Source of the DNA: Candidatus Iainarchaeum sp.
GTDB lineage: Archaea; Iainarchaeota; Iainarchaeia; Iainarchaeales; Iainarchaeaceae
Direction: 5' to 3'
DNA length: 64,000 bases
NCBI GenBank assembly: GCA_043812975.1
Contig: JBDRLP010000025.1
Span: 794-64,793, forward strand
Shown here: positions 30,025 to 40,244 of the stretch, piece by piece
How the letters are laid out: the number at the start of each line of letters is the position of its first letter
Numbering within the stretch: position 1 is the stretch's first letter
Notes under the pieces: generated by a model
Databases searched by the model: none
Seen by the model: the letters and a program-made list of their open reading frames with translations, nothing else
Told to the model about the DNA's origin: nothing
Made by a program: the position numbers and the translations under genes

Positions 30025-30173
30025 ACCAATCCCTCAATACCCTCAATGTAAGATAGTATATATTATAATTATTCATTTAAATAACTTGGTAATTAGGAAA
30101 AAACACAAAACCTGAAAAAATAAAACATTGGGTTTTTTGGGCACTAAGAGGCCAGAAACAGGGCTAACACAAC

Positions 30174-30182
30174 TTTTATAAA
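30174..30182 (+). promoter_or_regulatory. putative archaeal TATA box for guaB (leaderless transcript)
   Basis: ttttataaa is centred about 26 nt upstream of the guaB ATG at 30204. Confidence 0.35.
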
Positions 30183-30203
30183 CCATTTAAGCAGTATTAT
30201 TAT

Positions 30204-31652
30204 ATGGGTAAGAGCGACAGAATCAAAGTTGGTTTGACTTTTGATGATGTTTTGCTGGTACCTGCTGCTTCTAAAGTTTCTCCGGGGAATGCTAATCTTA
30301 AAACAAAATTAACCAAAAACATTCCCTTAAACATTCCTATTATAAGTGCGGCAATGGACACTGTTACCGAGTATGCCACCGCAATTGCAATGGCACAGGA
30401 AGGCGGAATAGGAATTATTCATAAAAATATGAGCATTGAAGAACAGGCATCTCAGGTTGAAAAAGTAAAAAGAGAAGAATACCTTATTGTTACTAATCCT
30501 GTTACAATTTCTCCTGAAACAACTATTGCACAGATTCAGGTTCTGAAAAAAGAATTTAACATCAGAAGCTTTCCTGTTGTGAAAGAAAAAAAATTAGTCG
30601 GAATTGTTACTAACAGAGATCTTGTGTTTGAAGATGATCCAAACAAAAAAGCAAAAGAATTAATGACAACAAAACTTATAACTGCAGATCCGAAAATTTC
30701 AATGGAAAAAGCAAAAATAATTTTACACTCAAACAGAATTGAAAAACTTCCGCTTATTGATTCAAAAAATCATTTGAAAGGATTAGTTACGATTACTGAT
30801 ATTGAAAATAAACAAACACACCCTAACTCAAACAAGGATAATAAAGGAAGACTTGTTGTGGGGGCTTCTGTAGGACCTAAAGATGAAAAAAGAATCAAAG
30901 CTTTGATAGAAAAAGAAGTTGATGTTCTTGTACTTGATACTTCACACGGCCACAGAGATATTGTAATAGCTGCTGTTAGAAAATACAAGAAAAAATACAA
31001 AGTTCCAATTATCGCAGGAAATGTTGCTACTTATGAGGGTGCAAAAGCACTAATCAAGGCAGGGGCTGATGCTGTTAAAGTTGGTATTGGCGGAGGAGCC
31101 ATTTGTACCACCAGAGTCATTGCTGGAGTAGGGGTTCCGCAGGTAACAGCAGTAATGGAAGCTGCTCGCGCAGCTAAAGGAACCAGAGTTACAATAATCA
31201 GTGATGGCGGAATCAAATACTCGGGAGACATTGTGAAAGCATTAGCTGCAGGAGCTGATTGTGTAATGGTTGGTTCATTATTAGCTGGTTGTGAAGAAAC
31301 ACCTGGAAAAGTTGTTTACATGAACAACAGAAAATTCAAACAATACAGAGGAATGGGCAGTATTGGAGCAATGGAAAGAGGCTCAAAAGAAAGATATTTC
31401 CAGAGCGAAGTAAACCAAACAAACAAACTCGTTCCAGAAGGAATTGAAGGAGTTGTTCCTTACAAAGGCAAAATAGCTGAAGTAATGTACCAGTTAACCG
31501 GAGGAATAAAATCAGGAATGGGTTTAACAGGATCAAAAACAATTGCAGAGCTGAAAACTAAAAAACTTATAAAAATCACTTCCGCAGGATTGAAAGAAGG
31601 CCACCCGCACGACATTACAATTACTGAAGAAGCGCCTAATTATTCGCCATAG
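30204..31652 (+). CDS. guaB: IMP dehydrogenase with tandem CBS domains
   Basis: [20 protein letters not shown] catalytic-Cys loop, a CBS pair in the N-terminal third, 482 aa. Confidence 0.95.
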   Translation: MGKSDRIKVGLTFDDVLLVPAASKVSPGNANLKTKLTKNIPLNIPIISAAMDTVTEYATAIAMAQEGGIGIIHKNMSIEEQASQVEKVKREEYLIVTNPVTISPETTIAQIQVLKKEFNIRSFPVVKEKKLVGIVTNRDLVFEDDPNKKAKELMTTKLITADPKISMEKAKIILHSNRIEKLPLIDSKNHLKGLVTITDIENKQTHPNSNKDNKGRLVVGASVGPKDEKRIKALIEKEVDVLVLDTSHGHRDIVIAAVRKYKKKYKVPIIAGNVATYEGAKALIKAGADAVKVGIGGGAICTTRVIAGVGVPQVTAVMEAARAAKGTRVTIISDGGIKYSGDIVKALAAGADCVMVGSLLAGCEETPGKVVYMNNRKFKQYRGMGSIGAMERGSKERYFQSEVNQTNKLVPEGIEGVVPYKGKIAEVMYQLTGGIKSGMGLTGSKTIAELKTKKLIKITSAGLKEGHPHDITITEEAPNYSP

Positions 31653-31715
31653 TCCTCTGCGACTAACGAACCACTACTTTTAAAATGTAAATAACTCTAC
31701 TCCTATAGGGGTTCT

Positions 31716-33335
31716 ATGAGTGAATTTACAAGCGATGAAGAAAAGATTCTGAAACCGTTTTTTACAAATCTGGATAAGGATATTTTTGTACTCAGGAATC
31801 TTCCAGAAGTTGTTAAAGGAGCATTATTCTCAAGATACAGCAGAACCTCCAAGAGCATTCGAAGGCTACTTTTAGATGAATTCATTAATGATGAAAAAAT
31901 GGGTTTCAAGGAAATAGTGGCTTACTCAGAAGCAATGGGTGAAGATCAGGTAATAGCAACCAAAAAAGCAGAGGAATTTTATGACAGGGTGCTTGTTGGC
32001 TACGGAGATGATTCTGTTGCCGAGCTTGGTGGTGCACACATAGCGTGCGAAAACATAAGCAACATTGCTTCCAAAATACTCGAGGATTCAAGAATAGGAA
32101 TTTCCCCGCTGGAAAAAAGCACAAGATATGTTTATTATGATAAAAAAGTTGATGGAAAGTACAGGTATTATTTGGAACCTGCTTTAATGAAATCAAAACA
32201 CCAAGACTTATACATAAATACTTGTGATTCTTTATTTGATACTTACGCAAAATTATTAGAACCAACAAAAAAGTATTTGAATGAAAAGTTTCCTCAGGGA
32301 AAGGAAAGTGACAGGGCTTATAATTCAAGCATTAAAGCAAAAGCCTGTGATATTCTGCGCGGGTTATTGCCTGCATCAACAACAACCAATGTAGGAATGT
32401 TCGGAAACGGAAGAAGTTTTGAATATTTGATTACAAGAATGCATTCAAATGAATTACAGGAATCTAGGAGTATTGCAAAAGAAATGCACACTGAGCTTTT
32501 GAAATATATTCCTTCTTTTGTGAAAAGAGCAACAGGAAAATATGGAGACCCTACAATAAAGTTTTTAAGCGAAACAAGAAAGGATATGCAGGAACTGGCA
32601 GACAAAACTTTTGAAGGAACTGAACCTGAAGCAAAAGAAGAAGTTGTGCTTACAAATTATGACAAGGACGCAGGGGAAAATATTTGCGCTGCTGCGTTGT
32701 ATCCTTTTACAACTTTAAGTTTTGAACAAGTAAAGGAAAAAGTAAAAGCAATGAGCAAAGAAGAAAGAATTAATGCGATTAATACTTATCAGAAGAAAAG
32801 ACAGAACAGAAGGCATAAACCTCACAGGGGTTTTGAGCATGCGTACTATGAATTTGATTTAATGTGCAATTACGCTTCTTATAGGGATTTACACAGACAC
32901 AGGGTTTTAACCCAGCAGAGACAGGATTTAACAGTGAAACACGGGTTTGATTTGCCTCCTGATGCAGAAGAAATCGGTTTTGCAGATGAATTCAAGGAAC
33001 AAATGGACTTAGCAAAAGATGCTTATTGGAAAATTTACCCTGATTTGCGGAAGGAAGCTCAGTATGTTGTTCCATTTGCCTGCAAAATCAGGTGGAGCAA
33101 TTACCTTAATTTAAGAGAACTTTATCATCTAGTAGAATTGAGAAGTACAATTCACGGCCATCCTGATTACAGGAGAATTGTTTTGAAAATGCTTGAAGAA
33201 GTAAAAAAAGTTCAACCAGAGTTAGTTGAATACCTGAAGTTTGTTGATTACAGAGATGCAGGATTAGAAAGACTTGAATCTGAGAAAAATATTGATAAAA
33301 AAATGCAGGAGGTTGAGAAAAAATATGAAAAGTAA
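31716..33335 (+). CDS. thyX: flavin-dependent thymidylate synthase, long form
   Basis: FGNGRSFEYLITRMHS and YRDLHRHR resemble the ThyX NARS...R...H and RHR motifs. At 539 aa it is about twice the canonical length, suggesting a duplicated pseudo-dimer. Confidence 0.65.
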   Translation: MSEFTSDEEKILKPFFTNLDKDIFVLRNLPEVVKGALFSRYSRTSKSIRRLLLDEFINDEKMGFKEIVAYSEAMGEDQVIATKKAEEFYDRVLVGYGDDSVAELGGAHIACENISNIASKILEDSRIGISPLEKSTRYVYYDKKVDGKYRYYLEPALMKSKHQDLYINTCDSLFDTYAKLLEPTKKYLNEKFPQGKESDRAYNSSIKAKACDILRGLLPASTTTNVGMFGNGRSFEYLITRMHSNELQESRSIAKEMHTELLKYIPSFVKRATGKYGDPTIKFLSETRKDMQELADKTFEGTEPEAKEEVVLTNYDKDAGENICAAALYPFTTLSFEQVKEKVKAMSKEERINAINTYQKKRQNRRHKPHRGFEHAYYEFDLMCNYASYRDLHRHRVLTQQRQDLTVKHGFDLPPDAEEIGFADEFKEQMDLAKDAYWKIYPDLRKEAQYVVPFACKIRWSNYLNLRELYHLVELRSTIHGHPDYRRIVLKMLEEVKKVQPELVEYLKFVDYRDAGLERLESEKNIDKKMQEVEKKYEK

Positions 33336-34086
33336 AATTATTTTAATTTCAATCCTGCTTATTTTATTTTTAGCAGGATGTCCAAAACCAAATATTCAGG
33401 AAGAAACTCCTGTTACGACTGAAGAAAATGAAGAAGTTTTTGTGGAGGAATCTAATATGGAAAAAGTCGATTTTAAAACAGATGATGAATTCAGAATCGC
33501 GGGAAACCTTTGGCGCGGAGAAAAAGAAGCAGTAATACTCATTCACCAATTAAACCTGAACAAGGAAAGTTATAATTCGTTTGCACAAAAATTGAATGAA
33601 GCTGGTTTTACTGTTCTTGCAATTGATTCCAGAGGCCACGGTGAAAGCATGGAGCAGAATGGTTTGAAGAGGAACTGGAATGATTTTTCAGAACAGGATT
33701 TCAAGGCAATGGTTTTTGATGAAAAAGCAGCAAAGGAATTCCTGCAAAGAGAAGGTTTTGTTTTAACAAGCGCGGTTGGAGCATCAATCGGAGCTAATAC
33801 CGTTCTGCACTTTTCTGCGTTAGAGCCTTCAATTAGAAAAGTAATTTTACTTTCCCCAGGCATGGATTATAAAGGGGTTCAGACTAAAGAAGTTGCTAAA
33901 ATTGTTCGTGCAAAAGTTTTGATTGTTGCAAGCGAAGAAGATTCTTATGCATTCGGATCTTCAAGGGCACTTAACGAAATTATTGCGAATTCTGAAATCA
34001 AAGAATTAAAAGGATCAGGCCACGGAACTAATATGTTTGGCGGAAGCCAGCTTGAAAATGATTTGGTTGAATGGCTTAAAAGTTAG
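33325..34086 (+). CDS. alpha/beta-hydrolase lipoprotein
   Basis: Lipobox LFLAGC after MKSKIILISILLI; GxSxG elbow VGASIGAN; GGAGG RBS at 33308. I moved the start to the internal ATG at 33325. Confidence 0.6.
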   Translation: MKSKIILISILLILFLAGCPKPNIQEETPVTTEENEEVFVEESNMEKVDFKTDDEFRIAGNLWRGEKEAVILIHQLNLNKESYNSFAQKLNEAGFTVLAIDSRGHGESMEQNGLKRNWNDFSEQDFKAMVFDEKAAKEFLQREGFVLTSAVGASIGANTVLHFSALEPSIRKVILLSPGMDYKGVQTKEVAKIVRAKVLIVASEEDSYAFGSSRALNEIIANSEIKELKGSGHGTNMFGGSQLENDLVEWLKS

Positions 34087-34116
34087 TTTTTAATAATCCG
34101 AAAATAATATTATTCT

Positions 34117-34590
34117 ATGAAAAAGACAATTCCCCTGAGATATGTTAAATTGGAAAGGCATATTACTAAAAATGATGTTGGAGTTCTTCGGACAATCAAC
34201 CCAAACCTACGACCTGACATTAGTAATCAACCGCTTTCATATTTAATCGCATATAAAGGAGAAGAACCTGTCGGCTATATTTTATATCGTGTTTCTAAAG
34301 GTGATTCACCTTTCGAAACATGTCAGACTCATGTAAGGAAAGGTTACTTAAGAAAAGGAATAGCTACAAAAATGACTTACCATTTGCTTGGCCACGCCAG
34401 AACAAAATATGGTGCTGCAGTTAAGATACCGGACCAAAATTCTGAAATGCGTTCTCTTGTAGAAAAAATGGAAAGGAAAAGAAGAATGCATTACGGTAGC
34501 AACAAATCAAAACCTGATGGGCCAGTGGAACATTTTGACTGGTTTAATCTTAATAGAGCGGTTAAAATCACACACAGAAAATTGAAATAA
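34117..34590 (+). CDS. GNAT-like acetyltransferase (tentative)
   Basis: RKGYLRKGIATKMTYHLL resembles GNAT motif A; 157 aa. Confidence 0.35.
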   Translation: MKKTIPLRYVKLERHITKNDVGVLRTINPNLRPDISNQPLSYLIAYKGEEPVGYILYRVSKGDSPFETCQTHVRKGYLRKGIATKMTYHLLGHARTKYGAAVKIPDQNSEMRSLVEKMERKRRMHYGSNKSKPDGPVEHFDWFNLNRAVKITHRKLK

Positions 34591-34823
34591 CCGCACCGGC
34601 AATTAGCCCTGCTTACAAAGTTTATACTACTACTTTTTCCAAAACTATTCCAGAGGTGATAGTTTATGAGTGAAGCAAAAATGGATGAAATAATGGCAAC
34701 AGTAAACAAGGAGCGAAGGAATTATCATGAAAAAATGATTAATCTTTTGGAGGAATACGGGGAATTCAGATGATATCTAAAAGATATCTTTAAATATCTT
34801 TTCAGCTATATATAGATGATTAA

Positions 34824-35060
34824 TTGAGGAAAGGCAAGTACAAAATAATAATTACAAGACATGCATTCATAAGAGCAATACAAAGAAGAATAGACCCTGA
34901 TATTATAGAACAGGCTTTGCAGACAGGAAAAACAAAAATTATCGGAAAGAACAAAATAAAGATTGAAAAGAAATTAAAAAAATTCAGCGTGATTTGTATT
35001 GATGAAATAATAGGAAATACAATAAAAATAGTTACAATAACAAAAAAGGCGAGAAAATGA
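34824..35060 (+). CDS. DUF4258-like putative toxin
   Basis: 78 aa; IIITRHAFIRAIQRRIDPDIIEQAL matches the DUF4258 signature (ITxHAxxRMxxRxI); ATGA overlap with the next ORF. Confidence 0.45.
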   Translation: MRKGKYKIIITRHAFIRAIQRRIDPDIIEQALQTGKTKIIGKNKIKIEKKLKKFSVICIDEIIGNTIKIVTITKKARK

Positions 35061-35356
35061 AATGCACAAAATGTTCAAAAAAAATGGTTGAAAAAAAAGG
35101 TTCAACCCCTGAAGGCGCAGAATATAATTATTACCAGTGCAAAGAATGCAATGAAGAAATACTCAACATGGAACAATTGCATAAAGTCGCAAAACAATAC
35201 AGAGAAATGAAAAAATACACTGCCAAACTTTCAAAATGGGGGGAGAGCATTGCAATAAGGATACCTAAAGAAATCCTGAAAACTTACAATCTTAAAGAAA
35301 ATGAAAAAGTAACACTAATCCCTGAAAAAAAGGCAATAAAAATAATTACAAACTAA
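35057..35356 (+). CDS. zinc-ribbon plus AbrB/SpoVT swapped-hairpin putative antitoxin
   Basis: CTKCSKK...CKECNEE zinc ribbon (YgiT/MqsA-like) followed by KLSKWGESIAIRIPKEILKTYNLKENEKV (AbrB/MazE-like). Confidence 0.5.
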   Translation: MKCTKCSKKMVEKKGSTPEGAEYNYYQCKECNEEILNMEQLHKVAKQYREMKKYTAKLSKWGESIAIRIPKEILKTYNLKENEKVTLIPEKKAIKIITN

Positions 35357-35378
35357 ATTTTGGTTAAACTTTTTTATT

Positions 35379-36173
35379 TCAAAGCACTAGTGCACCGAGC
35401 ACATAACCAATTCCGTAAGAAACAATTGCAGTCAGACCGCCTACAAGAAGCATTTCCATTCCTGCATTAAACCAATTTTTGGCAATTACAAGGGAACGTA
35501 AAGAACCCACTGCAAAAATTGTTACAAAAGTAAGTAATATTGCAATTGGAAAAGTAATTGCAGGATCAATTGGATAGAATAATGAAATAACAAAAATCAA
35601 AAGAGGAACAAAACCAGCAACCAGAAATGAAAAGAAAGTATAACTCCCAGCCTTTAAGGGACTTTTTGGATTCTCAAACATCTGGAGTTCCTCAAGCATC
35701 ATTGTGTCAACCCAGACAGTTTTTTTGGAAGTTATTAGTTCTACAAGTTTTTCAAGATTTTTTCCTGTAAAACCCTTTTTTTTGTAAATCTGCCTTATTT
35801 CTTCCACCTCTCCCTTAGGGTAATTGTCAACTTCCCAAGCTTCCCTTTTTCTTTCAGCTTTATAATATTCCTGTTCGGATTTCATTGAAAGATAATTTCC
35901 AACAGCCATTGACAAACCATCCGCAAGAAGGTTTGCAAAACCTAAAACCAGAATAATCCCTGCCCCTAAACCTGCTCCTGCAGAACCTGCTACAACAGCA
36001 AAAGTAGTTACAATTCCATCAAGAGCACCATAAACAATATCTCCTACAAAATCCCCATGTGATTCCTGTGACTGTTCTAAATCAAAAGCAGCATGAGAAT
36101 GAGCATCTTTTGTTTGTTCAAGGTCTTTTTCAGCATAACCCTTTCTGGCGACATTAATTCTGCTTGTGGACAT
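35379..36173 (-). CDS. VIT1/CCC1-family iron/manganese transporter
   Basis: VYGALDGIVTTFAVVAGSAGAG motif; N-terminal cytosolic region plus 5 TM. Confidence 0.7.
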   Translation of the reverse strand: MSTSRINVARKGYAEKDLEQTKDAHSHAAFDLEQSQESHGDFVGDIVYGALDGIVTTFAVVAGSAGAGLGAGIILVLGFANLLADGLSMAVGNYLSMKSEQEYYKAERKREAWEVDNYPKGEVEEIRQIYKKKGFTGKNLEKLVELITSKKTVWVDTMMLEELQMFENPKSPLKAGSYTFFSFLVAGFVPLLIFVISLFYPIDPAITFPIAILLTFVTIFAVGSLRSLVIAKNWFNAGMEMLLVGGLTAIVSYGIGYVLGALVL

Positions 36174-36241
36174 ACTATTATTGGCAAGAAAGCAGTTTTA
36201 AAACTAGAAGTTTAATATAATAAAGACTATGAAGGGATAGA

Positions 36242-38902
36242 ATGGTTGAATGGCACTCATTAAACAAGCTTGAATTGTTAAAAAGATTTGAATCACGGGA
36301 GACCGGACTTTCAACCAAAGAAGCAATAAAAAAACTTGAACAATACGGGCCTAACCAGATTGAATCAGCAAAAAAGAATACAATACTAAAAATATTTTTA
36401 GAGCAATTTACTAATCCGTTGGTTTTACTTCTTATTGGCGCTGCATTTTTTTCTTTTGTTTTTGAAGGCGGCATTGATGCTTATCTTATAATGGCAATTG
36501 TACTTGCAAACGGCTTGTTTGGTTTTTTTCAGAATTATAATGCTGAAAAAAATATTGAATCCCTGAAAAAACTTGGCGCACCAAGGGCTTTGATTTACAG
36601 AAACGGCGCGTTAGTGGAAATTAAAGCAGAAAATATTGTGCCAGGAGATATTTTATACTTAAAAGAAGGAATGAAAGTTACCTCTGATGCACGCTTAATT
36701 GAATCTTCAGAGCTTTACGTGGATGAATCAATTCTCACTGGTGAAAGTAATTCTGTTAGTAAAAAAACAAAAGTGCTTGATGAAGAAACTCTGTTGGCTG
36801 AAAGAACAAATATGGTTTTCATGGATACAATTATTGTAAAAGGAAAAGGAACCGCGCTTGTTGTTGCAACAGGAAAAACAACAGAAGTAGGAAAAATTGC
36901 AAAAGAACTTCAGAACATAGAAGAAAGCCCCACAAGATTCCAAATAGAATTGGAGGGCCTGAGTAAAAAAATAGGCGCAGGAGTTCTTATTTTAGTAATT
37001 CTTATAATTGCAGGTAAATTATTGTTATTGAAAAACCCTTTGATTCTAGATGTTGTTGAAAACTCAATAGCATTAGCAGTTGCTGCAGTTCCAGAGGGGT
37101 TGCCAGCAGTTGTTACAATTTCTTTGGCAATCGCAACAACAGTAATGCTGCGCAAAAAAAGTCTTGTGAGAAATCTCGGAGTCGTGGAAACTCTTGGTTC
37201 AGTGGATGTTATCTGCACTGATAAAACAGGAACATTAACTGAGAACAGCATGACTGTGCAGGAAATTTATTTTAACAATCAAAAATATTCAGTAACAGGA
37301 ACCGGTCAAAGTATTAAAGGTGATTTTTTTGCAAATAGTAAAAAAATTAATCCTGAAAATCTTGAACCAATATTGCTTTGTGGAATGGCATGCAATGACA
37401 CAATTATTGAAAAGCATGAACAAATAAAATTTATCGGGGATCCAACTGAAATTGCTCTTACTGTTTCTGCATTAAAAGCAAAAATATCAATGGCTGATAT
37501 GAAAAGAATCAAGGATTTTCCGTTTACTTCCAACAGAAAAAGAATGACTGCTGTTTTTGATTATGGTGCAAAACAAATAGCTTACTCTAAAGGAGCACCT
37601 GAAGTAATCATCAAAGACTGTACACATATTTTTCTGGAGGGTAAGAAAAAAGTTTTTTCAGATGCTGAAAAGGAAAGAATAATGAAAAAAAATGATGAAA
37701 TGGCATCCAAAGCAATTAGAGTTCTTGGGTTTGCGTATAAAGATATTTTGGAAAAGGATGATGCGGAAAAAGGAATGGTTTTTCTGGGCTTGCAGGGAAT
37801 GATAGACCCTCCTAGAAAAGAAGTAAAAAAGGCACTGGAAATAGCAAGAAAAGCCGGAATCAGAGTAATGATGCTTACAGGAGATAATAAAATAACCGCT
37901 CAGGCTATTGCTGAAAAAATTGGTTTTAATGGAAAAGCAATTGATGCAAAAGAACTTGAAAATTTTTCTCCGCAGGAATTCAGAAAAATCGTGGGTGAAT
38001 ATGATGTTTTTTCACGGGTTAGTCCGCAGCAAAAACTTGCAATAATGCAGGCACTCAAAGAAAAAGGACTGAGTGTTGCAATGACAGGAGACGGAGTTAA
38101 TGATGCTCCTGCATTAAAACAATCCGATGTCGGAATTGCAATGGGTATTAGAGGAAGTGATGTTGCTAAAGAAGCAAGCGACATTATTCTCTTGGATGAT
38201 AACTTTGCAACAATAATAGAAGCAATAAGACAAGGAAGAACAGTATTTGATAATATTCAAAAGTTTGTAAGATATTTATTGACAAGCAACCTTGCAGAGG
38301 TTTTGGTTGTGGTAATTGTTTCTATAGCTGGAATAATAATTGCACCGGAAACTGGTTTGGTTGCATTAACTATTACTCATTTGCTCTGGCTAAATTTGCT
38401 TACTGATGGTTTGCCGGCACTTGCTCTTGGTGTTGATCCGCCAAAGCCAAATATAATGAAACAAAAACCAAGGAATTCAAAAGAAGGAGTAATCACAAAA
38501 CCAATCATGATTAATATAATTACCGTAGGGGTAATACTCACAATAGTAATTTCTATTATTTTCTTTTACTACTTACCAAAAGGATTAATTTTAGCACAGA
38601 CAATGGCATTTACTTCTCTTATAATTTATGAATTTGTAAGGATTGTTGTTATTCGTGAGGAAGAAAAATTAGGATTCTTTTCCAACAAATGGCTTGTTGC
38701 TGCACTAGGAGTTTCGATTTTGCTGCAGTTAATTATACTTTACAACCCATTCGGAAGCGCATTCCCAATTAATGAATGGTTTGGTGTTGTGCCATTAACT
38801 CTATTAGACTGGGGAATAATAGGATTAGGTGCAATTTTTACTTTTGTTTTAAGCCTGTTTATAACAAAATTCACAATAAAAAGGAATGAGCAAAAAGCCT
38901 AA
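36242..38902 (+). CDS. P-type cation-transporting ATPase (type II, Ca2+/cation)
   Basis: DKTGTLT phosphorylation site, TGES, TGDN, GDGVNDAPAL, 10 TM, 886 aa. Confidence 0.95.
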   Translation: MVEWHSLNKLELLKRFESRETGLSTKEAIKKLEQYGPNQIESAKKNTILKIFLEQFTNPLVLLLIGAAFFSFVFEGGIDAYLIMAIVLANGLFGFFQNYNAEKNIESLKKLGAPRALIYRNGALVEIKAENIVPGDILYLKEGMKVTSDARLIESSELYVDESILTGESNSVSKKTKVLDEETLLAERTNMVFMDTIIVKGKGTALVVATGKTTEVGKIAKELQNIEESPTRFQIELEGLSKKIGAGVLILVILIIAGKLLLLKNPLILDVVENSIALAVAAVPEGLPAVVTISLAIATTVMLRKKSLVRNLGVVETLGSVDVICTDKTGTLTENSMTVQEIYFNNQKYSVTGTGQSIKGDFFANSKKINPENLEPILLCGMACNDTIIEKHEQIKFIGDPTEIALTVSALKAKISMADMKRIKDFPFTSNRKRMTAVFDYGAKQIAYSKGAPEVIIKDCTHIFLEGKKKVFSDAEKERIMKKNDEMASKAIRVLGFAYKDILEKDDAEKGMVFLGLQGMIDPPRKEVKKALEIARKAGIRVMMLTGDNKITAQAIAEKIGFNGKAIDAKELENFSPQEFRKIVGEYDVFSRVSPQQKLAIMQALKEKGLSVAMTGDGVNDAPALKQSDVGIAMGIRGSDVAKEASDIILLDDNFATIIEAIRQGRTVFDNIQKFVRYLLTSNLAEVLVVVIVSIAGIIIAPETGLVALTITHLLWLNLLTDGLPALALGVDPPKPNIMKQKPRNSKEGVITKPIMINIITVGVILTIVISIIFFYYLPKGLILAQTMAFTSLIIYEFVRIVVIREEEKLGFFSNKWLVAALGVSILLQLIILYNPFGSAFPINEWFGVVPLTLLDWGIIGLGAIFTFVLSLFITKFTIKRNEQKA

Positions 38903-38947
38903 GTAATACAAAAAGGATTTATAAACAAAAAAACACTAGGTATAAGC

Positions 38948-40045
38948 ATGAAAACAAGCTTAGTTTTATTAGTTGGATTAGTATTTTTGCTTGGGTGTGC
39001 ACAAGGCTCTATTGGAACACCTTCAGATGGTTCTTTTAGTGTTGCAGACATAGTGGCACACATTGAAGATTTTGAAGGTAAAACTGTTCTAGTGAAAGGT
39101 TCTTTGGGTTTGCAGGGATGCACAAAAATGGCGTGCGTTCCGGAAAAAGCCTGTTGCAATAGTTGCTTTGCAGAATTATCTGATTTAAATGACCCTGCAA
39201 AAACAATTAATGTTACAGGAATGGATTGTGCTTTCAATAATTCTTGGCGTTATCTAGGAAAAATTACAAAACAAGACAATGGTTATGTTCTTGTTTTAAT
39301 TGAACCAAAAGAAAACGAAGAAGTATTTGAATTTGGAAAAGAATTCACTATAACCGAAAACAAAGTTTACGTGCCAAAAGACCAGGTAATGCTTGGCATA
39401 ATTACTATAACCGGAGTTTCTTTTGAGGATTCACGATGCCCAGAAGGCGTTCAGTGTGTATGGGCGGGAGAACAGGGAGTTACTTTACTGATAAGTTCTG
39501 CAGTTTCTTCACACACAAATCCTGATGAAATGTATTTAGGGGAAACCACAAACCCTACTGCGGAACTTTATGGGTTTAATTTTAAGCTTATTTCAATTTA
39601 TTCTGATAAAACTTCTTATAAAAAATTTGCTAAAATAATTGTAACAAAAAAAGAATTTCCAACAGGAAAAACTCAATGGTTTTCAATTGAACCAATTCAG
39701 TGCGGAGGTAATGATTGGAGTCAGTGGTCAGTAAACAATGAGCAATACAAAACAATCAGTGCAGAAGAAACAATTATCAAAGGCTGGTTTGAAATTGAGC
39801 ACGGAATAATTGTTCAGGATTTTGCATCAAAGCAAATTTATGAACTTGTTTGTGAAGCATGCTCATGCCCAAGAGGAGATACAATAGCAGTGCTTGTTGA
39901 TTCTTCCCACAAAGAAAAAATGCTTGAACTCGGGTTTGAGCCAATGGGCGAAATTGGTTGCACCAAAGAGGCAATGGTTTGTCCAGATGGAAGCGGGATT
40001 GGAAGAGAAGCACCTTTTTGTGATTTTCCAGAGTGTCCAACCTAA
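38948..40045 (+). CDS. Cys-rich secreted lipoprotein, hypothetical
   Basis: LLGCAQGS lipobox; 365 aa; many Cys. Confidence 0.5.
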   Translation: MKTSLVLLVGLVFLLGCAQGSIGTPSDGSFSVADIVAHIEDFEGKTVLVKGSLGLQGCTKMACVPEKACCNSCFAELSDLNDPAKTINVTGMDCAFNNSWRYLGKITKQDNGYVLVLIEPKENEEVFEFGKEFTITENKVYVPKDQVMLGIITITGVSFEDSRCPEGVQCVWAGEQGVTLLISSAVSSHTNPDEMYLGETTNPTAELYGFNFKLISIYSDKTSYKKFAKIIVTKKEFPTGKTQWFSIEPIQCGGNDWSQWSVNNEQYKTISAEETIIKGWFEIEHGIIVQDFASKQIYELVCEACSCPRGDTIAVLVDSSHKEKMLELGFEPMGEIGCTKEAMVCPDGSGIGREAPFCDFPECPT

Positions 40046-40073
40046 TTTCTTTCTTTTTTGGTACAGCTTTTTT
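40046..40073. repeat. 28-nt direct repeat copy A (tttctttcttttttggtacagctttttt)
   Basis: Identical to 40102..40129; lies 3' of tRNA-Leu on the transcribed strand. Confidence 0.8.
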
Positions 40074-40101
40074 CTTCAAACCTAGATGCTTTTTCTTTTA
40101 A

Positions 40102-40129
40102 TTTCTTTCTTTTTTGGTACAGCTTTTTT
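40102..40129. repeat. 28-nt direct repeat copy B
   Basis: Perfect copy of 40046..40073. Homology to the tRNA-Ser intron element extends through 40160. Confidence 0.8.
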
Positions 40130-40160
40130 ATTTCTTTCCAAAAGAAAGAAAAAAGGTGTG

Positions 40161-40244
40161 TGCAGGAGGACGGATTCGAACCGTCGAAGGCGCTAGGCCA
40201 ACAGATTTTGAGTCTGTTCCGTTTGACCGCTTCGGTACTCCTGC
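40161..40244 (-). tRNA. tRNA-Leu (anticodon CAA), 84 nt, long variable arm, no encoded CCA
   Basis: Hand-folded cloverleaf: acceptor GCAGGAG/CTCCTGC, D-stem CCG/CGG, anticodon stem ACAGA/TCTGT with loop CTCAAAA, 15-nt variable arm, T-arm GACGG-TTCGAAT-CCGTC. Confidence 0.85.

Noticed and set aside
31906-32605. Antisense ORFs 31906..32328 and 32318..32605 within thyX
   Set aside because: No motifs; they are fully contained in a gene with recognisable ThyX signatures.
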